Positions 1 to 10,762 of a stretch of 64,000 nucleotides of DNA are shown piece after piece. Position numbers and translations under genes: made by a program. Under the pieces are notes generated by a model, which worked only from the letters and a program-made list of their open reading frames with translations, was not told the origin of the DNA and searched no databases. Each line of letters starts with the position of its first letter. Within the stretch, counting starts at the first letter, position 1. The stretch covers positions 35,668,235 to 35,732,234 of the forward strand of contig NC_057718.1 in assembly GCF_004010195.1 (NCBI RefSeq), given 5' to 3'. The DNA is from Chiloscyllium plagiosum. Lineage: Eukaryota.

Positions 1-952
1 AATGAACCACCTAGTGAACCCAGATAAGAATACAGTCTTGGGGTTGATATGATAAATGTTGTATGATGGTATTAATTTTAATTTAATTACCTATCTGTAG
101 CCCTACATTTCTCACCTTAATTTGGTCACTGTATTGACTCCAGTTTTGTTACCCTAGTGATTAAGGACTCTTCCTGTAGGCAATGTAAGGGTACTAACAG
201 AGATTATGTTTTACTTAACTTTATGCCAAAGGACTTACACAACACATGAACAACACAGCATGAAGTGAATTATAAAGATCTCCTTCATCCTCAATAATTG
301 ACTGACACAACATTTAAATGAGGTACTCAGTAAAATAAAAGGAAAGAATTGATATTATAAGATATATATGCTTGTGATTAAGATTTTTGTGGGATGATTC
401 ACTTAAGTTTATTTTTAGGGACAGTATTTATTGTTAACCTTGGTTTTGGCTTTGCAAAATGTCAATTTTTATAGAAAAGTTGAAATTTTAAACAGGGTGC
501 ACAATTGCATAATGTTGGACGCAAACCCAAAAGTTAGAGAAGAAGCTAAATGTTAAGCAGGTGATAGGATTAGCTGCATCCTCAATTCTCAGACTTAAAG
601 CTTGGAATTGAGGCAAAACATGTAGTTCAATCGCAGAAAAATATTTTTATTTTGCATTAATACTCCATCTTTTCAACACATGTAAGAATATTGCATTAAA
701 TTTGAAAAGACAATGTAGCAAAGGGACTAGGTCTTAAGAATATCCATACTCCAAAAGGAGAGTAATATAAGCACCTCATCAAAGTCCCATGGACCACCTA
801 CAGAATGGGATATGCAACACTAAATAGGTGAAGTGGTAATATTTCTGAAAAAGCAAATAAAGTACATCTAAAATAACATTTTCCTTTTTGAAAACAATTT
901 TGCTTCTGTATAATATTAACACAGACCTTAAGTATATATTATTACATCTTAC

Positions 953-988
953 CCCTATTGGACATCCAAGGTCGTTTCTTCACACCTC
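953..988 (-). CDS. MTA3: MTA3 micro-exon, 36 nt, MTA1-like
   Basis: ctttatttccattcag|(G)GVKKRPWMSNR+G|gtaag. Strong splice sites, phase 1-1, aligns with recalled MTA1 GNMKKRLLMPSRG. Confidence 0.8.
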
Positions 989-1621
989 CTGAATGGAAAT
1001 AAAGTAATTGAACGTATTTAGTGTTAGTTGCAGCATACATATTTCATCTACAAACAACTCACACTTCATCATAAAGTTGCTCATTTTATATATTGCAAAC
1101 TCTAAATAATCATAAGCGTTACTCCCAGCAAGAAAGTATTCCATGTAGAAGTTGTTCATTGCACTTATAGTAATGTACATATAAAATTAATTTGGAGTCA
1201 TAGACTTTTTTCAATACACAAATACCCAAAATTCTTCAAATTGAGCTCCTAATTTCAATTTGCCAATGACTGGGGATAAAGGAACTAATTCTAGTGGTCC
1301 CCAGTCTTCATAGCTGAGGTTATTTATATTAGCACAGGCCAAGAATTGAACCTGGAACCTTAAAACAAACTGTATGAATAAAGTTAGTGATTTTATTCAG
1401 GTTTTTGGGTGAACTGTAGCCATGTGTGCACTTTGGAGATTTCAGTAGAATGTGGCTACAACACAGATCCAGCAAACACTTTTTAAAATAGTGCCCTGCA
1501 AATGTAAGCTTATTCTTGAGTAAGTTCAGCCAAGGTCTACTTTCACACTCTAGTTTCCAGATGTCTTGGTGTAAATTAGGCCTCCAACCACCTAAGCACA
1601 AACATTGACAAAAGAGGATTG

Positions 1622-1718
1622 GAGCTGAAAATGTGTTGCTGGAACAGCGCAGCAGGTCAGGCAGCATCCAGGGAACAGGAGAATCGACGTTTCGGGCATA
1701 AGCCCTTCTTCAGGAATG
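1622..1718 (-). mobile_element. Penelope-like pLTR fragment with hammerhead core (family A)
   Basis: Near-identical to 3481-3573 and 53606-53703. The minus strand reads CTGAAGA-a-GGGC-ttat-GCCC-GAAAC-GTC (1686-1713). Confidence 0.75.
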
Positions 1719-1949
1719 GAGTCTGGGATCCTTATATGAGGAGAGAGGCTTCCCCGTCTGGTGAAGATAGATCCTGATCAACTCCATGATAGACATCTTG
1801 GTCCTCAGGTCCACTGAGGCACTTCACCAGGACTTTCTAGCATACAATACCTTGACCTTGAAATTACAAATAAGCCTTTTAAAAGTAATAGCAAATGCTG
1901 TTGGGGAGGTTTTAAACTAATTTGGCAGGAGTAATAGGGCACAGAATAT

Positions 1950-2512
1950 ACGTTGGGAGTAAGTTGGAATTTTGCGTGCAATTCTGGTCTCCTTCCTATT
2001 GGAAGGATGTTGTGAAACTAGAAAGGGTTCAGAAAAGATTTACAAGGATGTTGCCAGGGTTAGAGGATTTGGGCTATAGGGAGAGGCTGAACAGGCTGGG
2101 GCTGTTTTCCCTGGAGCGTCGGAGGCTGAGTGGTGACCTTATAGAGGATTACAAAATTATGAGGGGCATGGATAGGATAAATAGACAAAGTATTTTTCCT
2201 GGGATGAGGGAGTCCAGAACTAGAGGGCATAGGTTTAGGGTGAGGGGGGAAAGATATAAAAGAGACCTAAGGGGCAACTTTTTCACGCAGAGGGTGGTAC
2301 GTGTATAGAATAAGCTACCAGGGTGGTATGCTTATGGTGGAGGCTGGTACAATTGCACCATTTAAAAGGCCTTTCAATGGGTATATGAATAGGAAGGGTT
2401 TGGAGGAATATGGGCCGGGTGCTGGCAGATGGAACTAGATTGGGTTGCGATATCTGGTCTGCATGGACGGGTTGGACCGAAGGGTCTGCCTCCATGCTGT
2501 ATATCTCTATGA
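1950..2512 (+). mobile_element. CR1 LINE 3' end
   Basis: ORF ...FCVQFWSPSYWKDVVKLERVQKRFTRMLPGL...RTRGHRFRVRGE..., followed by a CR1-type 3' UTR ending ctctatga. Confidence 0.9.
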
Positions 2513-3447
2513 ATATGAGGACAGTCCAGCAAGCAAAGATAAAGCAAATAGAATGCCCAGAAAGCTAAAATGTATCTATCTTAATTCAAGGGGCTTGAAT
2601 GGTAAGGCAGATGAACTTCAAACATTGCATCAATACCATCTTCCCACATTCTGATCAATCACAGATATGGTTGAACAAAGGGTGGGACTGGCAGCTCAAT
2701 ATTCCAAGGTATAAAAGTTTCAGGCATGATGGGGAGAGGGGTGGAAGAAAGGTGGGGGCACTGTATTATTGATAAAGGAGACTGCAGTATTGTGCGAGGA
2801 TATCTTGGAAGGATCTCAGAATGAGGCCATCTGCGTACAGCTTAGAAATAAGAAAAGGGGCAATCACTTTGTTGGGGTTATACTACAGGCCTCCGATCAG
2901 TCAGATAAAAGATAGGGGAGTAGATATATATGTAAATCACAAAGGTGTGAGAGAAAAAGGGCTTTAGTTGGAGATTTCAACGATGCTAATAAATTAAGGG
3001 GTTCAGTAGTGTGAAAGGTTTAGATGGAGTGAAATTTTTGAAGTGCATCCAGGAGAGCTTTTTGCACCAGTATGTAGATTGTCTAACTAGAGGTAGGGCA
3101 GTGCTAGATTTAATATTAGGGCAGGAAGCCAGTCAAGTGGTTGAAATGTCGTGGGCGAATATTTTAGGGATAGTGCTCATAACTCTGAGGTTCAAAGTCA
3201 TTATAGAAAGGGATAAGAAATAGTGCAGATGTTATGTATCTTAATTAGGGAAAAGCCAATTTCAATCTCATTAGACAGAATCTGGCAAGCATAGACTGGG
3301 AACAGCTACTTGCAGGTAAATCTACATTCAGAAAGTAGGAGTCTTTCAAAAGCATAAAAGTGAGAGTTCACAGCCAACATGTTCCTTTAAGAGCAAAGGG
3401 AATGTCAGCTCGTCCAGGGAACTTTGGATGTCAAGGAATATTGAGAG

Positions 3448-3669
3448 GAGAAAGTGAGGACTGCAGATGCTGGAGATCAGAGCTGAAAATGTGTTGCTGG
3501 AAAAGCGCAGGTCAGGCAGCATCCAAGGAACAGGAGAATCGACGTTTCGGGCATAAGCCCTTCTTCAGGAATGAAGGTTCCTGAAGAAGGGCTTATGCCC
3601 GAAACGTCGATTCTCCTGTTCCTTGGATGCTGCCTGACCTGCTGCGCTTTTCCAGCAACACATTTTCAG
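3448..3669. mobile_element. Fold-back mini Penelope-like insertion with hammerhead cores on both strands
   Basis: Inverted arms 3482-3571 and 3578-3670, 6-nt loop tgaagg, tail 3448-3481, TSD caaggaatattgagag (3432-3447, 3670-3685). Confidence 0.85.
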
Positions 3670-4675
3670 CAAGGAATATTGAGAGTTTGATAAAGAAAAA
3701 GGAAGCATATTTTAGGTACAGAGTATTAAAAACAGGGGAGACCTTTCAGGAGCATAGCGTGTGTGGGGGTGTACTTAAACATAAAACAAATTACAAGGGG
3801 CCACAAAAATATCTTTGGCACATAGGATTAAGGATAACCACAAGGCATTTTAGAAGTACATAACAGTAAGAGGATTACAAGGGAAAGAGTGGGGCCTATT
3901 AGAGAGCAAAGGTGCATTGTCTGTGCCTGGAGCCAGAGGACATGGGTGAAGTTTTAAATGAATATTTCATCTGTATTCACAGACGAAAAGACAATGTAAC
4001 TGGAGATTTTGGTTGGGACAGCAAGGTTCTAAAGGAGGTAAAGATTAATAAGGAGGAAATATTAGATGTTTTGGCAGGCATAAAGTTGTACAAATCTCCA
4101 GGGTCTGATGAGATATATCTCAGGCTGCTATGGAAAGCAAGGGAGGAGATTGCTGGGGCCCTGACATAGATATTTAATACTTTGCTGGCCACAGGTGAAG
4201 TGCTGGATGACTGGAGGATAGCTAATGCAGTTCCTTTGCTCGAGCAGAGTAGCAGGGATAGGCCAAATAACCACAGAGCAGTTATTCTGACATCAATGGT
4301 AGAAAAATTATTGGAAAACATTCTGAGGGACAGGATTGTGCAATACCCGGAAAGGCAGGATTTGATTAGGGATAGTCAGCATGGATTGACTTGGAGATCC
4401 TGTCTGACTAATTTGAGTTTTCTTTGGAAAGTTGACTAAATATATTGATGAGGATAGTGCAGTTGATGTGGTTTACATGGACTTCAGCAAAACCTTTGAC
4501 AAGATCCCACAAGATCCCCCTTACGCAGAAGGTAAGAGCCCACGGAATCCAAGGCAAGTGGGTAAACAAGAGTTAAAGGATGATGATAGAGGGTTATGTT
4601 TGTGCTTAGAATCCTATGACTAGCGGTTCTCCACAGGGATTGATACTGGGACCCTTACTACTTGTTATGTACATT

Positions 4676-5022
4676 AAGAATATACAGTCATCGAGTTATG
4701 CAGCACCAAAACAAACTCTTTGGTCCACCTCATCCATGTCAACCAGATATCCTGAACTGATCTAGTCCCATTTGCCAGCATTTGGTCCACATCCCTCTGA
4801 ACCCTTCCTATTTGTGTAGCCATCAAGATGCATTTTAAATGTTGTAAGGGTACCCATGTCCACCACTTCCTCTGGCAGCTCACTCCACACTTGCAACACC
4901 GTGCATGAAAATGTTACCCCTCAGGTCTCTTTAAAATGTTTCCCCTTTCACCTTAAGCCAATGTCCCCTAGTTTTGGGCTCCTCTACCCTCAGGAAAAAG
5001 ATCTTGGTTATTCACCCTTTCA
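4676..5022 (-). mobile_element. CR1 3'-end fragment nested in older CR1
   Basis: Reverse complement resembles 2230-2512 (ctagtcccatttgccagcatttggtcc...). Confidence 0.75.
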
Positions 5023-5608
5023 TGCGTAGATGGCTACAGATGTGAATGCAGAAGGTATAATTAGTAAGCTTGCAGATGACACCAAAATTGGTGGGTGTGG
5101 ACTGATAATGAGGAGGATGGTCTCAGTCTACAGTCTGATATTGGTTAGCCAGTAAATTAGGCAGAGCAATGGCAGATGGAATTTAATCCTGACTAGTCTG
5201 AGGTGATGTATTTCTGGGAGGTCTGATAAGGGAAGGATTTACACAATGAACAGAAGGTGCTGAGGGAGAATAAGGAACTAAGGAATCTTGGTGTACAATT
5301 TCATCAATCCGTGAAAGTGAAGAGGCATAAGGGATGCTTGTCTTCATTAGCCAGGTCATAGAATACAGGAGCAGGGATACCTCATAGCAACTTTTTAGAG
5401 CATTGATTAGACCACAGATGGAAAACTGTGCAGTTCTGTTCTACACACTATTGGAAGGACATACGTGCAGTGGAGATTCACCAGGATGTTGCCTGGGATG
5501 GAAATTTGCTGTTTTGGGGAGAGACTGGATAGGCAGGGTTTGTTTTCCTTGGGGTAGAGGTAGCTGAAGGGTTATTTGATTGATAATACAAAATTATACC
5601 AGGCATGT

Positions 5609-7543
5609 AAGAATCATGAAGATAGCATTAATAAGGGCAAGAGTAGGCAGACAACAGATGAACGTAAAAGAACTGGTGGCCTGAAGTGCATCTACTTTAA
5701 TGCAAAGAGTATAGTGTGTAAGGCAGATGAACTTAGGGCTTGGATTGGTGCCTGGGAGTATTAAGTTATTGCATTCACAGAGACTCGGTTGAAGAAAGAG
5801 CATGATTGGCAACTAAATGGTCCAGGATATAGATACTTCAGACATGACAGGGAGGGAAGTAAAAGGGGGGTGGGGGGTGGAGTTACATTGCTCGTCAGTG
5901 ATGATATCACTGCTGTGATAAAACAGGACATGATGGAGGGCTTGAGTAATGAGGCATTATGGGTGGAGCTGAGAAATAAGAAGGGTGCAGTTACATTGTT
6001 GGGGCTGTATTACAGGCCTCCCAACAGTGAGCTGAGGTGGAAGAACAAATTGGTAAACAGATTATAGAAAAACATAGAGGCAATAGGGGACTGGTGATGG
6101 GAGATTTTAATTTTCCCAACATTGACTGGGATACACTTAGCGTCAGAGGTCTGGATGGGGTTGAATTTGTAAGAAGCATCCTGGAGAGTTTTCTAGAACA
6201 GTATGTCAATAGTCCGATAAGGGAAGGGGCCATATTAGAAAACAATGGGCTCATCAGTGATAGGCAACATGGCTTTGTGCGGGGGAGATTGTGCCTTAAT
6301 AGAGTTCTTTGAGGAAGTGACCAAGTTGATCGGTGAAGGAAGGGCTGTTGATGTCATATACATGGACTTTAGTGAGGCGTTTGATCAGGTTCTCCATGGT
6401 AAACTAATAGATAAAGTGAAGTCACATGGTGTGCAGGGTGCTCTAGCAAGGTGGATAAAGAACTGGTTGAGCAACAGGAGACAGAGAGTAGTAGTTGAAG
6501 GGAGTTTCTCGAAATGGAGAAAGGTGACCAGTGGTGTTCCACAGGGATCATTGCTGGGGTCACTGTTGCTTGTGAAAGATATAAATGATCTGGAGGAGGG
6601 CACTGTTGGTATGATGAGTAAGTTTGCAGATGACATGAAGACTGGTGGAGTAGCAGAAAGCATAAGGGACTGGCAAAGAACACAGGAGAATATAGATCGA
6701 CTGGAGAGTTTGGAGGAGAAGTGGCAGATGGAGTTCAATCCAAGCAAATGTGAGGTGATGCATTTTGGGAAGTCTAATTCTAGAGCGAATTATACAGTAA
6801 ATGGAATAGACTTGGGAAAAGTTGACTAGCAGAGAGATCTGGGAGTGCAGGTCCATTGAATCCTGAAGATTGCTGCACAGGTGATAGAGTGGCCAAGAAG
6901 GCATATGGTATGCTTGCCTTCACCGACAGGGTATGGAGTATAAGAGCTGGCAGGTCATGTTAAAATTGTACACGATGTTGGTTTGGCCGCATTTAGAATA
7001 CTGTGTACAGTTCTGTTGCCACATTACCAAAAGGATGTGGGCGCTTTGGAGAGGATGCAGAGAAGGTTTACGAGGATGTTGCCTGGTATGGAAGGTGCTA
7101 GTTACGAAGAGAGGTTGAGTAGGTTAGGTTTGTTTTCATTAGAAAAAAATTTGAGGGGGGACCTGATTGATGTCTACAAAATCATGAAGGATATAGACAG
7201 GATAGATAGAGATAAGCTTTTTCCCACGGTGAAGGATTCAATAACGAGAGGTCATGTTTTCAAGGTGAGAGGTGAAAAGTTTAAGGGGGATACATGTGGC
7301 AAGTACTTTACACAGAGGATGGTGGGTGTCTGGAACTCACTGCCAGCAGAGGTAGTAGGGGCAGGCATGGTAGATTCATTTAAGATGCGTCTGGACAGAT
7401 GCATGAGCAGGTGGGGAGCAGAGGGATACAGATGCTTAGGAATTCGGCGACAGGTTTAGACAGTAGATTTGGATCGGCTCAGGCTTGAAGGGCCGAAGGG
7501 CCATTTCCTGGGCTGCAAATGTTCTTGGTTTTTTTTGTTCTTT
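5609..7543 (+). mobile_element. Younger CR1 LINE with internal deletion, nested in older CR1
   Basis: EN (GLKCIYFNAKS...MGDFNFPNIDW) joined directly to RT (GVPQGSLLG, KFADD, YCVQF). T-rich tail; flanked by gcatgt (5603-5608, 7544-7549). Confidence 0.88.
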
Positions 7544-7549
7544 GCATGT

Positions 7550-7800
7550 TAAAGGTAGATCTTGAGGGGATTTGTGGAAAAATGTTTTCACCCAGAGTGT
7601 GTTGGCAACATGGAACGTGCTGTTTGTCAGGGTGAAGGAGACAGGTACTCTTGCAACACTTAAGAGGCACTTAAAATGCCAGGGCATAGTAGGCTATGGA
7701 CCAGGTGCAGGTAAACAGGATTAGTCTAGTTTGCTGTTTGTTGGTCAGCATAGCCAGTGGGCCAATGTGCCTATTTCTACAATGTACGACTCTGTGACAA
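7550..7800 (+). mobile_element. 3' end of the older CR1 begun at 2515
   Basis: aaatgttttcacccagagtg...catggaacgtgctg...actctgtga, CR1 3' end continuing after the nested copy. Confidence 0.7.
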
Positions 7801-8469
7801 ATCTGACAAATCCCTTACTTTATGGAAACCTTGGATGGTCTTGAACAAATGTGCTTGGAGTCTGTCGGAGTCTGTCAGAGTCCATCAGATAGGTGTGCAG
7901 ATATGCCCATCACTTCCCATGCAAACTACAATGGTTTAACACGTCTAGAAATGTACCTTTTCTTTTAAAATTGCTTGTACCCTTAAGCATGCTAAAATCT
8001 GGCCTTTATCGCACTGTTAGTCAGCCTTGACTTTATCATTTACTTACACCTAACCAAAACAGATGCCACCAAGTCATCTTTTTGCTAATATATTTGTCTC
8101 CATCACTAGTTTTTCAGCCGACGTATTACTTTATACCCAATCAGCCATCTTGGTTTAATGGATCCTATTAATTGCTATGCACTTTGCTCTAAGTTGAAAC
8201 TTTATTGCTGGAACAGCACAGCAGGTCAGGCAGCATCCAGGGATGCTGCTCTAAGCATTGACTTTGCTCTAAGCATTGAAATATTATCATGCCAAGCTAC
8301 AATGGTCTGTATAAAATCATAACAAATAGGAGCAAGTAGTAGGACAATTGGCCAACTGAACCTACTCCAAATGACTGTCGCTCAATTCCACTTTCCTGCC
8401 GGGACCCCTGCCACCTTCTTTCCCACAGAAAATCCTCAGCTCCTTTGTAGATGTTAAAATTGATCTAAT

Positions 8470-9707
8470 TCATAGAACATAGAACAGTACAGCACAGAAC
8501 AGGCCCTTCAGCCCATGATGTTGCACCGACCACTGATCCTCATGTATGCACCCTCAAATTTCTGTGACCATATGCATGTCCAGTAGTCTCTTAAATGTCC
8601 CCAATGACCTTGCTTCCACAACTGCTGCTGGCAACGCATTCCATGCTCTCACAACTCTCTGTGTAAAGAACCTGCCTCTGACATCCCCTCTATACTTTCC
8701 TCCAACCAGCTTAAAACTATGACCCCTCGTGTTAGCCATTTCTGCCCTGGGAAATAGTCTCTGGCTATCGACTCTATCAATGCCTCTCANNNNNNNNNNN
8801 NNNNNNNNNNNNNNNNNNNNNNNNNNNNNNNNNNNNNNNNNNNNNNNNNNNNNNNNNNNNNNNNNNNNNNNNNNNNNNNNNNNNNNNNNNNNNNNNNNNN
8901 NNNNNNNNNNNNNNNNNNNNNNNNNNNNNNNNNNNNNNNNNNNNNNNNNNNNNNNNNNNNNNNNNNNNNNNNNNNNNNNNNNNNNNNNNNNNNNNNNNNN
9001 NNNNNNNNNNNNNNNNNNNNNNNNNNNNNNNNNNNNNNNNNNNNNNNNNNNNNNNNNNNNNNNNNNNNNNNNNNNNNNNNNNNNNNNNNNNNNNNNNNNN
9101 NNNNNNNNNNNNNNNNNNNNNNNNNNNNNNNNNNNNNNNNNNNNNNNNNNNNNNNNNNNNNNNNNNNNNNNNNNNNNNNNNNNNNNNNNNNNNNNNNNNN
9201 NNNNNNNNNNNNNNNNNNNNNNNNNNNNNNNNNNNNNNNNNNNNNNNNNNNNNNNNNNNNNNNNNNNNNNNNNNNNNNNNNNNNNNNNNNNNNNNNNNNN
9301 NNNNNNNNNNNNNNNNNNNNNNNNNNNNNNNNNNNNNNNNNNNNNNNNNNNNNNNNNNNNNNNNNNNNNNNNNNNNNNNCTGAATGAGCCTATCATGGGG
9401 AACCTTATCAAATGCCTTGCTGAAGTCCATATATACCACATCCACAGCTCGACCCTCATCAACTTTTTTAGTCACATCCTCAAAGAACTCGATAAGGTTT
9501 GTGAGGCATGACCTGCCCCTCACAAAGCCGTGTTGACTGCATTTAATCAAGCCATGCTCTTCCAGATGGTCATAAATCCTATCCCTCAGAATCCTTTCTA
9601 ACACCTTGCAGATGACAGACGTGAGACTTATTGGTCTGTAATTGCCGGAGATTTCCCTATTTCCTTTCTTGAAGAGAGGAATTACATTTGCCTCTCTCCA
9701 GTCCTCA
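8470..9707 (-). mobile_element. Young 5'-truncated CR1 LINE (spans gap)
   Basis: (catagaa)n tail at 8471. Clean ORF EDWREANVIPLFKKGNREISGNYRPISLTSV...VDVVYMDFSKAFDKVPH. Confidence 0.9.
8790..9379. other. Assembly gap
   Basis: Run of N. Confidence 1.
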
Positions 9708-10603
9708 GTTTTGAATATTTTCAAATGATCCATTCTCCACAAATCTCTGTGGAAGACCATTCCAAAGATATTTAAGAAAATAAATTCCTCTTCATCTCCA
9801 CCTTAAATGAGCAGTCCTTTTTTTTGAACTGTGCTGCTGAGTTGACCTTTCAAGGAAAGCTTAAGTTAATTTTTGCAATATTGGTAAAGTATTTATTGAA
9901 CTTTTTTCTTTCTTTTGTACTGTTGGATTAAATATAATCCACCCTAATTGCCTAAGAGATGAACATATTGGAATGAGGATTGCTGTCTGCATATTATACT
10001 ATATAACTTACCAAAGCAGTCAACCTTAATTTTTTTTAAACCAGTTTGCACAAGGTGACTTTGAGAGCATTCAAATTACTCCGTAGGCTTTAATGGAAAG
10101 ATAGTCTACTACTCAGCATAATACTCAATAGAATTTTCATGAAAATTATAATATAAAAGGCCAGTAGCTGAACTTATTTGTTAAAGACTGAGACTCAAAA
10201 GTAATCAGGCAGACTAATTTCCATAATTGCAATATTACATGAAACTCTTGAACCACAGCAAGAAAATATTTTCGATTATTCAAAGCTACAGAAAAAAACG
10301 ATGCCTAATAAGTAAAGCACTCAACTCATAACGGCAGCTACAAATCTTAGGTTTGACTGACAGTCAAATTACCAGTCTTCAGAGTTAATCCTCTACTGGC
10401 TTTGAACCCCATAACTCACATCCTGACACAGGTGCACACAATGTAAAACTATATAACGTAAAATATGACATTCTCCGACTAAAAACATTAACAATAGACG
10501 ACAATGGTACTCTATAGAAATTAAATAAGAAAAGCACTGAATGTATCACTTGCCTGAACATATTAGCAAATATTACATACTTAAACTTTGCTGTTAAACT
10601 AAC

Positions 10604-10762
10604 CATCTACACCGTTGTGAAGGCTGTAACCTTTGTTCCCTAGAATTGTTGGAGAGCCACAGTTTTGAATTGTAGATAGTCGTTTTGATGATTGACTGAA
10701 GTTTCCTGAAGTGCAGCTTGACACTCCTCTCAATATCTTTGGCTTTACAGCAGGATGCGCTT
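10604..10762 (-). CDS. MTA3: MTA3 coding exon, 159 nt
   Basis: atgcag|(E)AHPAVKPKILRGVSSCTSGNFSQSSKRLSTIQNCGSPTILGNKGYSLHNGVD+G|gttag. GSPTILG...HNGVD as in MTA1/MTA3; phase 1-1. Confidence 0.9.

Larger units (their letters stand above)
2515..5608 (+). mobile_element. Decayed CR1 LINE ORF2 (APE endonuclease + RT), 5' part; interrupted by later insertions
   Basis: Fragments LKCIYLNSRG, YYRPP, KSPGSDEIY, DDWRIANAVPL, VDVVYMDFSKTFDK, KLADDTKIGG; many frameshifts. Confidence 0.88.

Noticed and set aside
224-305. Minus-strand peptide ...IIEDEGDLYNSLHAVLFMCCVSPLA*, reminiscent of human MTA3 end LTCCVSD* and MTA1 end VIED
   Set aside because: The only acceptor with a plausible context (ttgtgtcag) gives the wrong phase and an immediate stop; the in-frame AG lacks a pyrimidine tract. 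Treated as coincidence.
8554-9760. Long ORFs of 260-327 aa in the track
   Set aside because: Length is an artefact of N runs; flanks are CR1 ORF2.
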